A DNA stretch of 64,000 nt from NCBI RefSeq assembly GCF_036321535.1, contig NC_087452.1, positions 32,054,001 through 32,118,000 of the forward strand. Reading direction: 5' to 3'. Position 1 is the first letter of the stretch; each line of letters starts with the position of its first letter. Source of the stretch: Camelus dromedarius. Taxonomy: Eukaryota. Below the pieces are notes generated by a model. It saw only the letters and a program-made list of their open reading frames with translations. It ran no database searches and was not told where the DNA came from. This document shows positions 30,897 through 42,959 of the stretch, in pieces. Made by a program: the position numbers and the translations under genes.

Positions 30897-32645
30897 GGCG
30901 CTGCCCTGCCACCGTGAGCTGGGGGCAAAGCGAATGACTACCTACCCCTCCGGGCCGCTGGGGCCGGTGGACTCCTGCACGCAGCCCCTTTCCGGGCGGG
31001 GGTTCCCCGGACGTCCCACAGGGAGAGCACACCATGTTTCGGAGCCCCCAGTTACAGAGCCCTCATTCTGTATCAGGCGCTGTGCTGGCCTCTTTCAACA
31101 CATTTCCGTATTTACTCCCCCAAAGAGCCTCATGAAGTTCGTGCCTCTGAATGCCCACATTACAGGGGAAAAAGCTAAGAGAGGTTCAGGGACAGATAGG
31201 GAGTAGCTGAGCCAGGTTTGAACCCAGACACTGACTCCCCCGCCCTCCTGAAAAAATTTCTCCCAATTGCCCGGATTTCATGTCAAGGAGTCCCCGAATC
31301 CCTCTACCCGTCTCCAGGGCTCCCCACCTCGCTCTCTGCTGGTCTTGGGTCCGCGCTCGCCCCTCAGCGCCCGCCCTGAACTCTGGGCGACACTCAGGGT
31401 CTAGCGAGGTCTCAGGTTCAGAACCGCCCCGGTCCGCCCACCACGTGGCCGGATCCAGACTACTGGGCGGGACCGAAGACTGCGAGTAAGGGCCGTCCCA
31501 GTCCCTAAGGCCCAGTCGTCTTGGACCTCTACGCCCGCCCTAGGTTCCAGCCTCCGCCAGTTACCCAAGTCTCGAATTCAGGAGCACGCCCCGGGGAAGC
31601 TGCCTCCGCCGCCAGCTCCACCCCGCGGCCGACTGCGACTCCAGGCTGGCCCCGCCCCCGCAGGCCCTGTCCCGCCCAACAGGATACGCCCCCTCCAGGC
31701 CCCGCCCTTGGTCCTGGGCAGCAGGCGCCACCTCCTGCAACCTCCCGATTGGGCCAGAGAGGAGGAGGGCGGGCACTGACCCTAAGCATCGCAGCTGACT
31801 CCTTGGGCGCCCCCTCGCTCTCAGGGTACAGCCTTGAAAAGTCCTTCCGAAGCTGGCCCCTGCCTGCCCTCCAACCCCCTCCCGCGACTTTTCGACTTCT
31901 CCCTTCTTCACGCCTCAGCTCCTCAGGGAAGGCCTCCCTGACTCCTCGGCCTCCAGTGTGGAGAGTTTATTGGTTAATATTTGTTCTTACAGACTGTGAG
32001 CTCCAGGAGGTTGGTCCATGTACCCGCAAGATTCTGTCCCTGGTAGGACACAGAGCAGACGCTCAGACAATGTGCCAGGAATGAAGGATAAATGGACGGA
32101 CAGGCGCATGTGTGCTCGCTCGTGTGATTGTGCTGCTGTGTGGGCAAATCTAACAGTGTGTATCAGTGGGTATGAATGCATGACAGTGTGAGAAATGGGG
32201 GTTGGATATGACAGAGGATGTCACGGTGAGAGGATGTCATCGTGACACTATATGGCAGAATGAAAGGCTTTTGTATACAAAAGCATACATATGGCACATT
32301 CTTGGCTGACCCTGTGCCAGGCTCCCTGGTTCTTCTGCGGCCACCAGAGAGGAAGGATAAAGAGGCACAGGTAGTTCCACTGGCCACCCACAGACTGCAC
32401 AGTTGTAGCTGACCATTTGTGCGTCTGGCTGCCCTTTGTACTCTCAGTGGGTTCTGCCCTTTGCTCCTGGGGTTGAATCAGCTTGGGGAGGATCAGGGTT
32501 GAAGACTTCGACCTCTGGGTACGGCGGAGGCAGGCTGGGAGGCTAGGGTAAGAGTCCCTTCCAAACCTCCTGGGGTTTAAGCCTTGGCTGCTGTCCCACA
32601 CATTCCCAGAGGCAAGCAGACTTGCTGGTTCACCAACAATGCTAT

Positions 32646-33165
32646 TGTTGGGGCCCAGGGTAGGTTGCCCCAAACTTTGCCTCACTGGCATATTGATTAT
32701 TTTGCATTAAAGTTACTTAAGAAATGTCCAATGCAAAGGGACATTCTGACCCTCTTTTCTGTCTCCTTGAAAGCAAGAAATAAATCTGTCAGGTGAAAGG
32801 TACGCTCCTGCATCTGGAGGTAGGACATCCTTATTGCCAGAAATAGAGAATTTAGGCCAAGAGGCCTGTATAAACAAACCTTGTTAACTTCTTTAATGTA
32901 CTACCCCCAAGCCCAAACTCTGTCTAGATTCTTCATTAATTGAGCATCTAAAACATAATTTTCTTTGTTTTGTCAAGTCCTCACAAATATATTCTTTGTC
33001 TGAAAAGTAAGAAAAGCTGCCTGCTTTGGCCACTTCTTAGGTCCAATGAGACCTCCATGGGCATGATTAAAAATCTGTCTCTTTTTCTCCTGTTAATCTG
33101 TTTGTGTCAATTTTACTGTTAGCCCAGCTGGCAAGAACTCAAGAAGAGTTTCCCTCTCCCCAGCA
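32646..33165 (+). mobile_element. Solo LTR (ERV1-like)
   Basis: About 520 bp with TG...CA termini (tgttgggg...ccccagca), an internal attaaa followed by a 'tctgtctctttttctcctgttaatctg' U5-like tract, and an imperfect 4-bp TSD ctat/ctag. Family not determined. Confidence 0.7.
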
Positions 33166-33647
33166 CTAGCACTGTTACTTGTTAAACCACATTCCCCAGC
33201 CCCATCTCTAAACATCAGGTTCCCTTAGGCAGTAGGTCCTGCATTCCTGACTCTCAGTCAGCTCAGCTGCCAGACCCTGGATTTCCCACCAAACCCAGTG
33301 GTCATTCAGCAATACTAATGCCCCCATATCCCTGACCCCACCCCCCACACCCCAACACTGTGTGGCCAAGTGCTCTGCTTACCCAGATTCACGCAATCCT
33401 AAAACCCCATTCTCTGAGCTAGGTGTTACCATCATGCCCATTTTACAGATAAGGAAACTGAGTCACAGAGTGGTGAGGGCAGCCAGCTATGAAGCAGCCC
33501 ATGTCCTAAGCCTTCCCAGGCTCTGGAGCCCTCCCTCAATCTCCCAGCCTTGAAGCAATCCAGAGTTGCCTCCAACTCCCACCACAATTGCAGCAAAGCC
33601 AGGAAACAGGACCTGTCACTCCCCAGGCATGACAAAAATGTTTTTTT

Positions 33648-33653
33648 TTTATT
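33648..33653 (-). terminator. ABHD14A polyadenylation signal AATAAA
   Basis: tttatt on +, about 145 nt past the stop codon. Confidence 0.75.
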
Positions 33654-33799
33654 GTGTCTCTGAGATGAAATGAGAGGTCCTGACAGGGCCCAGTCCTCTG
33701 GCCTCTGCCCTCCAATCCCAGGGGCTGCCTCCCTGGTGGGGGACTGGTCTGACCCTTCAAACTCAGGCCAGGCCTAGGGGGCCTGGACAGTGGGTGAGC

Positions 33800-36206
33800 T
33801 CAAGGCAGGTGGTCAAGGAAGGCAAGGAGGGCGAGGTGGAAGTCTTGCGGCTTGTGAAGGTAGCAGGCATGGCCTGCGTCACGCAGCTTCACCACTGAGT
33901 GGTTAGGCAGGTGGCGGAGCTGCCGCAGTGACTCTCGTGCCAGGATGCGGTCCAGCTCCCCATACAGGATGAGAGTTGGGGTCTGCAGAGCAAGGCAAGG
34001 GGCTGTGATCCTGGGGTCTGATGAGGACTGACCCTGAAGCCACCTCCTTAGGAAATCTTCCCCAAACACCCCATTTCTTCCATCCAGATCAGGAATGGGG
34101 CCATGCGTCCTCCAGGTAAGACCTGAATCCTTTCCCCACCATGATTCGAGCCAGGGACAGGGAGCCAGGAGACCCTTTGGAAACCCTCCTCCCAGTACCT
34201 TCACAGCCCAGAATTGTTCCTGGGTGTAGTTCTGGGTGGAAGTGGGTGCAATGGGCACGAATCCCTGCAGCTGGTGGTGGCCTCTCATCAGGAATGGCAG
34301 AGCATAGCGGCCACTCAGCGAAGGGCTCACCAACACGGCATTCTTCACCTCCAGGTCCTGCAGCACTCGCTCCAGCAGCTCTGCCCGCCCTGCCTCTGTG
34401 CCTGCCTCCTTTGAAGGTGCTGAGTTCCCAAAACCTGGGAACAGCAGAAGGCATCCGCTGAGGGGGGCTGGGAAGGAATTCAGGCCTTCTTGCCCACCAC
34501 AGCAGGGAAAAGAGATGGGGGGCAGTGGCACATAGCACCTGCTACCCCAGACTTCCCAGAGCTATTTTTTTTTGTAATGTGATAGGCCTGCTAGAAAAAA
34601 CATCTTTCATTCATTATATTGGCAAAACTAAAAAGACTGATAACATGAAGTGTTAGGGAAGATGTGGGGAAATGTGCACAGTCATACATGACTAATTGGA
34701 GGATAATTCCATATAGCATTTTTTGGAGAGTAAGATAGATTATAAATATTTATTTTAAAGATAAAAATTTTTTAAAAATATGTCCTTTGACCCATCAGTT
34801 GTCCTTGATGGCTACCCTACAGAAATTATTGCCCACATGCTCAGAGAAGCACATCCAAAGATGCTTTGGCTTCCTTACTCAAGCATTTCAACTGACACTA
34901 AAAGCTAAATCAGCCACCAGGAAAGAAATGGCCAGATAAAACTGCTCTATCCCTCTGGTGGCTCACACTACAGCAAGGGAGGGTCAGAGTACCTAGCATG
35001 ATCCCTGAGACATGGTAGAGGAGGAGAGACCCAGGCTGCAGATAGACTGGCTAAGCAGGCAGGACCCCTGTCATGTTTATAGCCATCCACACACACAATC
35101 CTGCATATAGTCTGTGTCTCTAGGTATGGAAACGCCCCAAGAGGGGCTGGCACCCCCAGACTCCTTAGAGAGGTAAGAGGGAGAGAAACATGGCATGGGC
35201 CTCTGAGGGCATCACTCCTGTTTGATTTTTTAATGACAAGAATAATAGCATGGGGGGAGGGTACAGCTCATTGGTAGAGTGCGTGCTTAGCATGTACAAG
35301 GTCCTGGGTTCAATCCCCAGTCCCTCCGATAAAAATAAATAAATAAATAAACCTATTACCCCTGCCCAAAATTTAAAAAAAAAATAGCATAAATCATTTG
35401 TATAGCTGAAAAACAAAAAAGCTGCCTAGTTTGTCATCGAAAAGTCCAGTGAGATCTCCCCAGGCAATCGCTTGTGAGGAGGGTCATGTTTCTAACCGCT
35501 CTGGGACATGCAACCAACCACACTGCTGTCTTCAAGATAGAAAATAAAAACACAGACCTTTTTGTGTTGCCACCTTGCCTTGCAATCTGCCACTGCCTGT
35601 CCAGATATTGGGGTCTAGATGCTCCCCAGTCACACCTTAGGGCTCTCCTACTCCTCCAGTTGTCCGCTCTAGGAAACTGCCCCCGTAGACCCAGGGGTAG
35701 GGGCTCTCACCTGGGAGGTCGAGGGCCACGGCCCGGTAGCCCCTCTGTGCCAGCAGCTGCAGCGTGCCCAACTGCTCCCATGTGTAGGAGTTAAAGGCCT
35801 TTCCGTGGAGCAGTACCACATCCAACCTGTGGGTAGGCACACAGGGGAATGTGTGTTCTGGGGGTCTGGGAGTGGCCCACGGTTCTTTCGTCCTAGGCTT
35901 CTCCCACAGCCCGCCTTCCCAGGCCCTGAGCACCCTGAATTAAGCTGGGGGTTCCACAAAGGGACTCCCCTTGGGCCTAGTCCTGGCACTATGCCCTGGG
36001 GTCAGCACCCACCTGCGGACCCGGTGGAATGGGATCACCTCGCGGTAAAAAATGGGGGCGTTGCCAGGGGTGAAACCAGCCAGGATCGTGACATTGGGAT
36101 CTCTCCAGAGCCAGGAGGTCTGGTCAGGGGGTCCTGGCAGTCCCATGTACAGTAGCAGCATGAGCAGCAGGCCCAGGCCCAGCAGGGCTACCTGGGACCG
36201 GCTCAT
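33800..36206 (-). CDS. ABHD14A: Alpha/beta hydrolase domain-containing protein 14A, 242 aa from [10 protein letters not shown]-terminal signal anchor
   Basis: Exons 36206-36013, 35826-35711, 34434-34199, 33982-33800 (729 nt). Motifs VVLLHG, ALDLPGFG, SPSLSG (nucleophile), LYGELD and AGHACY present. Hydrophobic stretch [15 protein letters not shown]. Upstream exon 1 ends at 38522 (donor gtgagt). Confidence 0.95.
34600..34900 (+). mobile_element. Old L1ME fragment in an ABHD14A intron
   Basis: 'attggcaaaactaaaaagactgataacatgaagtgttagggaagatgtgggg...tcctttgacccatcag' resembles the L1M ORF2 end and 3' UTR. Confidence 0.55.
35252..35382 (+). mobile_element. Full-length tRNA-Ala-derived SINE (Vic-1-like), antisense in ABHD14A intron 3
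   Basis: ggggggagggtacagctcattggtagagtgcgtgcttagcatgtacaaggtcctgggttcaatccccagtccctcc plus (AAAT)n and poly-A. TSD aatagcat at 35244-35251 and 35383-35390. Confidence 0.9.
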
Positions 36207-37739
36207 GGAGGTCTGAACCAGTCTGTAGGAGGAGAGGAGAGGGAGAAGAGGGTAGGGCTGAGATCCACAAGGCCCCCTGAACTCTTCCTCAAACCCCACC
36301 CAGAAGTCCCCGGAGAGGAAAAGCTCAGCCCTTGCCCTTTCTCCTGCTCTGGGCAAGGGTCTGAGGGTTCACACCCACTACTCCACATGCCAGGGCAAGG
36401 GCTCAGATACCCCACAGCATGAGGAGCATCTGAGATGTCCCCCTAGCATCGGTGGCCACCATTATCCTTGTGCCAGCTGAAACCACTTCCACTCATCAAG
36501 AGCTTCTGACAACCAGGCTCTGTCCTTGGCCCTTCACATGTAATTCCTCATGAATCCAATTAAGAATGCTGTGGAGCAGATATGACTATAGGTCTCCAAC
36601 AAATGAGGAAATTGAAGCTCAGAGAGGTAAATTCTCATGCCCAATGTGCAGAGTAGCCAGTAGGGGAACTGGGAATTGAGCCCATGTCTGGCTTGCTAAC
36701 CACCAGGCCACACTTGGTTTGCCAAGATGGAAACCTGAGCTGGGAGGTAATGGATGAACGGGAACCTTGCTAGTGGGATGGGAGTTGGGAGGGTTATTAA
36801 AGGTGAAAGACATTAAAAGGTAAAAGCATGTTTGGAAATGGTTCTTTTTATCACGCTGCATATAACAATGCTAAAATCAGAATGTGTTTTATAATTGAAG
36901 GGAATATCTAATACTCTACCCCAGCTAATATTAAGTGGGAGGGCAGATTATGGAGAATATCCTTGATGGAGGAAGTGCCTAGGCACGAGGGGGTATGAGG
37001 CTAGGGAGGAGCATGGCCCACCTAGAAACAGAAAGGGCAGCATGGAGGCTGGAGAGACGAATGTATCCCACCCCCCAGCTTCACGGCAAATGACCTGCTT
37101 CGTGGGCTCCTCCAGTCTGGATCCTTTGCCAGCCCAGAAGACAGACCTCAGGATCCAGGACCCAGGCAGAGCAGTTAGCCCTGCCTTTGAGATTCTGCTC
37201 TGTCAATTGCTGGCTATGTGCCTTCAGTTTGTCAATAAAACGGGGGTGACAACTTCATGGCTGCCTTCCCAAGCTTCCTGTGAGATTTCAATAATACAGT
37301 GAACTTGATGGGGGCTGTTGGGTCATCATGTCTTGGGTCTAGGATGAGCGGGCCTGCCTTGTTCCCAGATTCCAGTAAACACGTCTTTAATAAGTGCCAA
37401 CTGGGAGCTGGGGAATCGCCTATGCCCTACCACCTCTCCCAGAAGCTTTGGGGATGTTTCCCAAGCCCCACCCCCAGGAGTCAGGGTTAGGTGGTGACTG
37501 CAGTGGCAGGCCAACTAGGGCTAATGGAAACCCAGCAGCTGGGTGGAGGAAGAGCGGGCTCCTCTCTTCTTTCTGACCGTGACCAGCCAGACTCGCATGC
37601 AAGCCTCCAACTGGTGTCACCCTAGGTTCCCACCAGGCCAAGCATGCACGCTGAACCTCTCTTCGTGGTGGTCCTGGGGCACTGGGGCTTCTCTCCAGGA
37701 AAAGAGGGACGGGACTTGTTGCTATGGTAACCCAGGCAG

Positions 37740-38410
37740 CTGGCACACTAGACAATATACTCTACAGATATGGGGGGGAGGGGGGAGCTGTACCCGCGTT
37801 AGGTGCTTGGCAGCCACGTTGACAATGACACATAGGTGTACACACGTGCACACAATGAGTCTTGTCCCCAAACACTTCATTTGTACAATCAATTCCCTGC
37901 ACGTACACGCAGCTTCCTTGCACACGCGCGGGCCTGTGTGCAATCGATACTTGGAAATACACACCCTCAAAAATCACACACAGTCAGATACAGATAGACA
38001 TACGCTTTCAAAATCATTTGCAGACCCTCATATTTCAAGCACAGTCATACACACAACCCTAAAACTACACATGCTCACAAGAAACACATGCACAGGCAGA
38101 CAGATGGACCCCGCAAACACAGACCCTCAGAAATACATACACAGACTCTCAGGTAGAAACAGACCCTTAAAATCACACTCACAGAAATGCACACAGTAGA
38201 CATACACAGACACCAGCGGGCAGACAGACCCACACACTCTCCCAACGCAGGCACAGAGAAACACTAACACACAATACACTGACACACACGTACACCCAGA
38301 CCCCCAAGAACACACGCCGACAAACGTTCGCGGGCGTGCACACACACGCACACAACACGCGCGCGCGCGCGCGCACACACACATCACACGAACATACGCA
38401 CACCCGCTGT
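37740..38410. repeat. CA-rich low-complexity region ending in a (CG)n/(CA)n alternating tract
   Basis: Degenerate acac-rich sequence; cacgcgcgcgcgcgcgcgcacacacac at 38356-38382. Confidence 0.8.
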
Positions 38411-40150
38411 CCAGGCGCGGCCCCTCCCGCAGGACTCTTCCCCAAGGCGCCAGGACATGGGGCGGGGTAAGGACAGCCCGCCCCGGGCACCCTGCTGGCC
38501 TCACTCCCCTGGGACACTCACCCGGCCGACTGGGATGATCGACCGGCTCGGCCACTGCGGGGCGGGCTCAGCACAGGCGCAAACAGCCCCAGACAGCGCG
38601 GCGACCAGTGCGCTGCCTGCGCAGCTCTGCGAAAGGCTACCGGCACTAGGCGGCGGAGAGCGCGGCCACTGAGGCGCGCTTGCGCAGTCCGCAGTCGTAG
38701 GGTCCGCGCCTTGTAGACGCCTTGGAGAGGGGACTGGGGGTGGCGTCCCAACACAGCACACAGTCCTGGCCCCTCAGTCTAGATTTTCCAGATTGCTTTC
38801 GGGGAAGAACCACACGGCTTCTTCCCACCAGGCTCCACCCATGCTCAGTTTCTGTTCTGGACAGTTGAGTTTAGGATAACGGTTATCTTAAGAGGACCAT
38901 ATAGGGTTGTCACCACCACGGAGAACTGTATTAAGGACTTGGGGGCCTGTCGAACCTTAGAACAGTGTCCGGCGCGGAGGTCTCGCTGCATAACTGCCAG
39001 ATATTAGTACCATTACGCAGCAGCCCCAGGTCTGAACCCAACCACTACCCTGACTCCTACAAATACACAGGTGGCACGCGTTCGGTTAAAACCCGGGGTG
39101 GCCTCTAGGCTCCTTCACGTCCCCATAGGTCACCTATCCTTGGCGACATATGACCAATATTTGGTCTTCCTCTGGCCTGTGCTGCGAGGCCCCGCACAGG
39201 GAGGCTGCAGGGAACCTACAGGACTCACTTCTTATTAGCGCTGTTTGAGGCAGGCAACATCACACCGATTCTACAGGCAAGGAAATTGGCTCGGAGGCGT
39301 TGGGAAAAAGATCAAGGCTGGACATTGGCAAAGCTTCTCACTCAAACCTGTCGGGCCTCAACTGCGTGCCAGGCTCACAACTCCGGGCCTGGGCAGCCCA
39401 GGCTGAGATTGAGGGGGATAGGGAGAAAGGGTGCTGAGAGCAACAGGGATGAGACCACAAAGGAACCTTCTTTCTCAAGCCACACCATGTGCACGTGGGG
39501 CAGGTCGCTGAGGGTCTCAGGCGCGACCCAGCGCAGTGCTGGGAGCACGTGGGGCCGCTGTGAAAAGATGGGCGCAGCAGCACCCACCGGCCCTGCGACG
39601 GCCTGTGACCACAAGAGGGAGCCTCGGAGCCGGGGCACGGCTCGGTCCCCGCCCTCCGGAGGGCCACATCCCCGCTCCAGCCCCTTCTCTGCTTCCCTGC
39701 CCCGGGCCCCAGTCGCCGCCTCCCCTCGCCGGCCTCCTGTCTGCGCAAGCCCACGCAGCTCCCCAGGTACCTGCCCCGCGCCCCCGACCCTCTCTTCCTC
39801 TCTCCAGCTAGAGCCCGCCCCCACCTACCCCAAGTTTCTGCCCTTCCCATATCGGCTCCCCCGGTCCCTTTCCTCGGGTCTGCCCCCACACCTTCTGCGT
39901 GCGCCCTACCAGACCCAGCGAGCCAGAACCGAGGTCCTCGGAGGGGACAGAGCGAGCGGTGGTGGCGCCGGTGACCGCGCCCTTGACCGCGGCGTCAGTG
40001 CGTTGGGCCCCAGCGGGCAGCGTGCTGAGCACCCCCCATCCCTTGCTGGCCGGAACTCCAAAGTTCCCGCTCACCGCTCAGCGCTCTGGTTTCCGCCCCT
40101 GGAAGATAGGATTTTTTACTCCAACCTCGACCCTCTCCGGCTTGCGGTGC
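38400..40150. promoter_or_regulatory. Bidirectional CpG-rich promoter region between head-to-head ABHD14A (-) and ABHD14B (+)
   Basis: Two CpG-dense blocks (about 38400-38720 and 39500-40150), GC boxes and an NRF1-like gcgcgcttgcgca near 38675. The genes diverge from this region. Confidence 0.75.
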
Positions 40151-40736
40151 CAACCCACGACCTGTAACAGTGTCTAGAAGAGGAAGAAGTTGACAAGCAA
40201 TAGTCAGCTACTCAGAGTTGATTGAACATTGACTATGCTTACTACGGGCTAGGCACCGGCTGAGTGTTTTACGTGCCCGGCCTCATTCAATCCTATCAGC
40301 CGCCTATGAGCTGAGTACTATTTTGTTAGCCCCATTCGTAGAAAAGGATAATAACAATGAGAACAATAATCGTAATGGGAGCCCCATGTATTGAGTTATT
40401 TCTAAGATTGGGCACCCTCACTTGTCGATTCCTTTTTTTTTTAAACTGGTAAATTATTGAGGTAGGCTTTAATGTCCCAAATTTCAGATGAGGAAACCAA
40501 GGCCCAAGGCTGTACAATTAGGTGAGTAGCAAAGGCAGAAATAACACCTCTGTCTTCCTCACCCTAGAGCATGTTTGCAGAGTTCTGGGGGCCTCCTAGA
40601 GGCCTCCTTGTTGCTTCGGGAGGGTCCCCCACCCTCTCTGTGGCAGTCTTCCCGGTGCCCCCTGGGGCAGGGTGTTCCGGGGCTCCTCATCAGTCTGGCC
40701 TTGAACTACAGGCACTTCACCAGCACAGAGGCAGGT

Positions 40737-42959
40737 ATGGCGGGCGTGGAGCTGCGTGAGGGCACCATCCAGGTGCAGGGTCAGAGTCTCTTCTTCCGAG
40801 AGGCTGGGCCGGGCAGTGGGCAGGCTGCCTGCTTCTCCGTGCTGCTGTTGCATGGTATACGCTTCTCCTCTGAGACCTGGAAGAACCTGGGCACGCTGCA
40901 CAGGCTCGCCCAGGCTGGCTACCGAGCTGTGGCCATTGACCTGCCAGGTATCTCTGGGGCAGCCTTCTGGACAGGGATTGTGGGGGCCTCACAGGGGACC
41001 AAGGGCTGGGGGCTGGGAGACTGGGAGGACCTAGCCAGGCTGACCTCTGAGCTTGATAGGACACAGTGTACACTGCAAGGGCCTTCGGGCCTCTCTAATC
41101 CTCGTCCGAATATGGTCTGGAAGTGCCCAACTGTGTTGCCCAGGCAGTGTTTCTGAGCCTCTGTTTCCTCGTCTGTAAAGGGAGATAACCACAATCATTC
41201 TGGGGGTTGGCTCTGGTGAGAATGGAATGAGATTATCCATGTAAATTTGTGGCCAGTACCTGACACATAATCTGTGCTCAGCTGATTGGAAGTAAAATAT
41301 TTTGAAAGAGCCATAACCACAGGCTCTGTGGAGAAGTGAGACTGAGTCTCCTGACACTCTGTGGACAGGGCAGGGCCTGGTGGGTGGCTAAGCCCTCAGT
41401 CATGATTTCACCTACAAAGCTCAAAGTTAGATCCTGGAGAGGCAGGGTCCACCCCAGACTGCCAGACATGACTGGCAGGCCCCAGCTTATGGTGCCAAGT
41501 GTGGAAGGGGCAGCATGGCTGACCTGCTCCCCTCACTGGCCATGGCCAGTATGGTTTTCAGTGTCCAAGGGCGGGCCTCCAGGCCAGGTTAGGATTGGTT
41601 CTGACAGTGGGTTGGGTTGAACTTCAAGGCCAAGGCCTTGAACTAATCTCTCTGTAGAAGGTAGGGACTAATTGGAGGGGAGGTATGTGGGCAGAGCTAG
41701 CCCCTCAGCCACAGTGCTGGAGGCATCCACCCTGCTGGTCCTGGGACAGATGTCTCTGAAGCAGTTAACTCACTTAATTTTCACAACAATTTTAAATGGC
41801 AGATACTTTGGTTATCTCCTTTTAATAGATGGGGTAACTGAGCAGCCGAGAGAGGGCTGAGGGGACTTTCCCAAGGTCACATAGTAAGTGGAGAACTGGG
41901 ACTTGGACTCAGCCATGTTGGACTTCAGAGCCTGATTCTTTGAGGACACTATACTGCTGGGGGAGATGGGCACAAACACATAGGGAAATGCCTTATAGCT
42001 TGCTCCAGATATGACAGATCTAGGCTGCTTTAGGAATAAACTCAGGTACATTGCATGCTGCCAGAGATTGACCTAGGAGGGCTTCCTGGAGGAAGGAAAC
42101 CTCTCTCCCCTGTTTTCCTACTCACCACCTCTGTCTCTCCCACACCTGAATCCCTGCAGGTCTGGGGCGCTCCAAGGAAGCGGCAGCCCCTGCCCCTATC
42201 GGGGAGCTAGCCCCGAGCAGCTTCCTGGCAGCTGTGGTGGATGCCTTGGCCCTGGGCCCCCCTGTTGTGATCAGCCCGTCGTTGAGTGGCATGTACTCCC
42301 TGCCCTTCCTCACGGCCCCAGGCTCCCAGCTCCGGGGCTATGTGCCAGTGGCCCCCATCTGCACTGACAAAATCAACGCTGCTGACTATGCTGGTGTGAA
42401 GGTACCCCTGTGCGGGAGGCTGAGATATCCCTGCCGGGAGCAAGGAAGGGTCCATTCCAGGACTCTTCCTCATCTGGGGAGGGGGTAACCAATGAGTGGC
42501 TTCTGTGGGGAGCTGAACCACCAAATTCTGCCCTTTTGGTAACTTATCAGCAGATTACTGTGCCAAGCCTTATGCTAAACTGTGTGCCGGGGAGACACAA
42601 ATTCATGCCTCTCTGTTCCCCTGCCCGACTCTACCCCCGCTATGGGCCACCTTGTCTCTCCCTCTCATCTGAGGTGACCCCAGGGACTGACATGATGGGG
42701 AGGGCTGGAGCTGATCTCCAGGAGACTGGGGCTGGTGTGGCAGGTCCCTGTTGACTCTGCCTCCCTTTCTTTTCTCTAGACCNNNNNNNNNNNNNNNNNN
42801 NNNNNNNNNNNNNNNNNNNNNNNNNNNNNNNNNNNNNNNNNNNNNNNNNNNNNNNNNNNNNNNNNNNNNNNNNNNNNNNNNNNNNNNNNNNNNNNNNNNN
42901 NNNNNNNNNNNNNNGAGTGGCATACAGGGCTCCTGGATTTCCTGCAGGGGTTAGCATGA
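40737..42959 (+). CDS. ABHD14B: Alpha/beta hydrolase domain-containing protein 14B (CIB), 210 aa
   Basis: Exons 40737-40947 (MAGVELREG...[14 protein letters not shown]...AIDLP), 42160-42401 (GLGRSKE...SPSLSGMYS...), 42780-42959 (T, 132 N, then [14 protein letters not shown]). Total 633 nt. The catalytic Asp/His region falls inside the N-run. Confidence 0.95.

Noticed and set aside
35252-35330. tRNA-Ala(AGC)-like gene (also the copy at 21263-21379 on the minus strand)
   Set aside because: Stems are mismatched, and the A-rich tail and flanking TSDs show these are tRNA-derived SINEs.
39286-40167. 293-aa ORF in the ABHD14A/B promoter
   Set aside because: Non-ATG start, Pro/Arg/Ser-rich CpG-island composition, no family resemblance.
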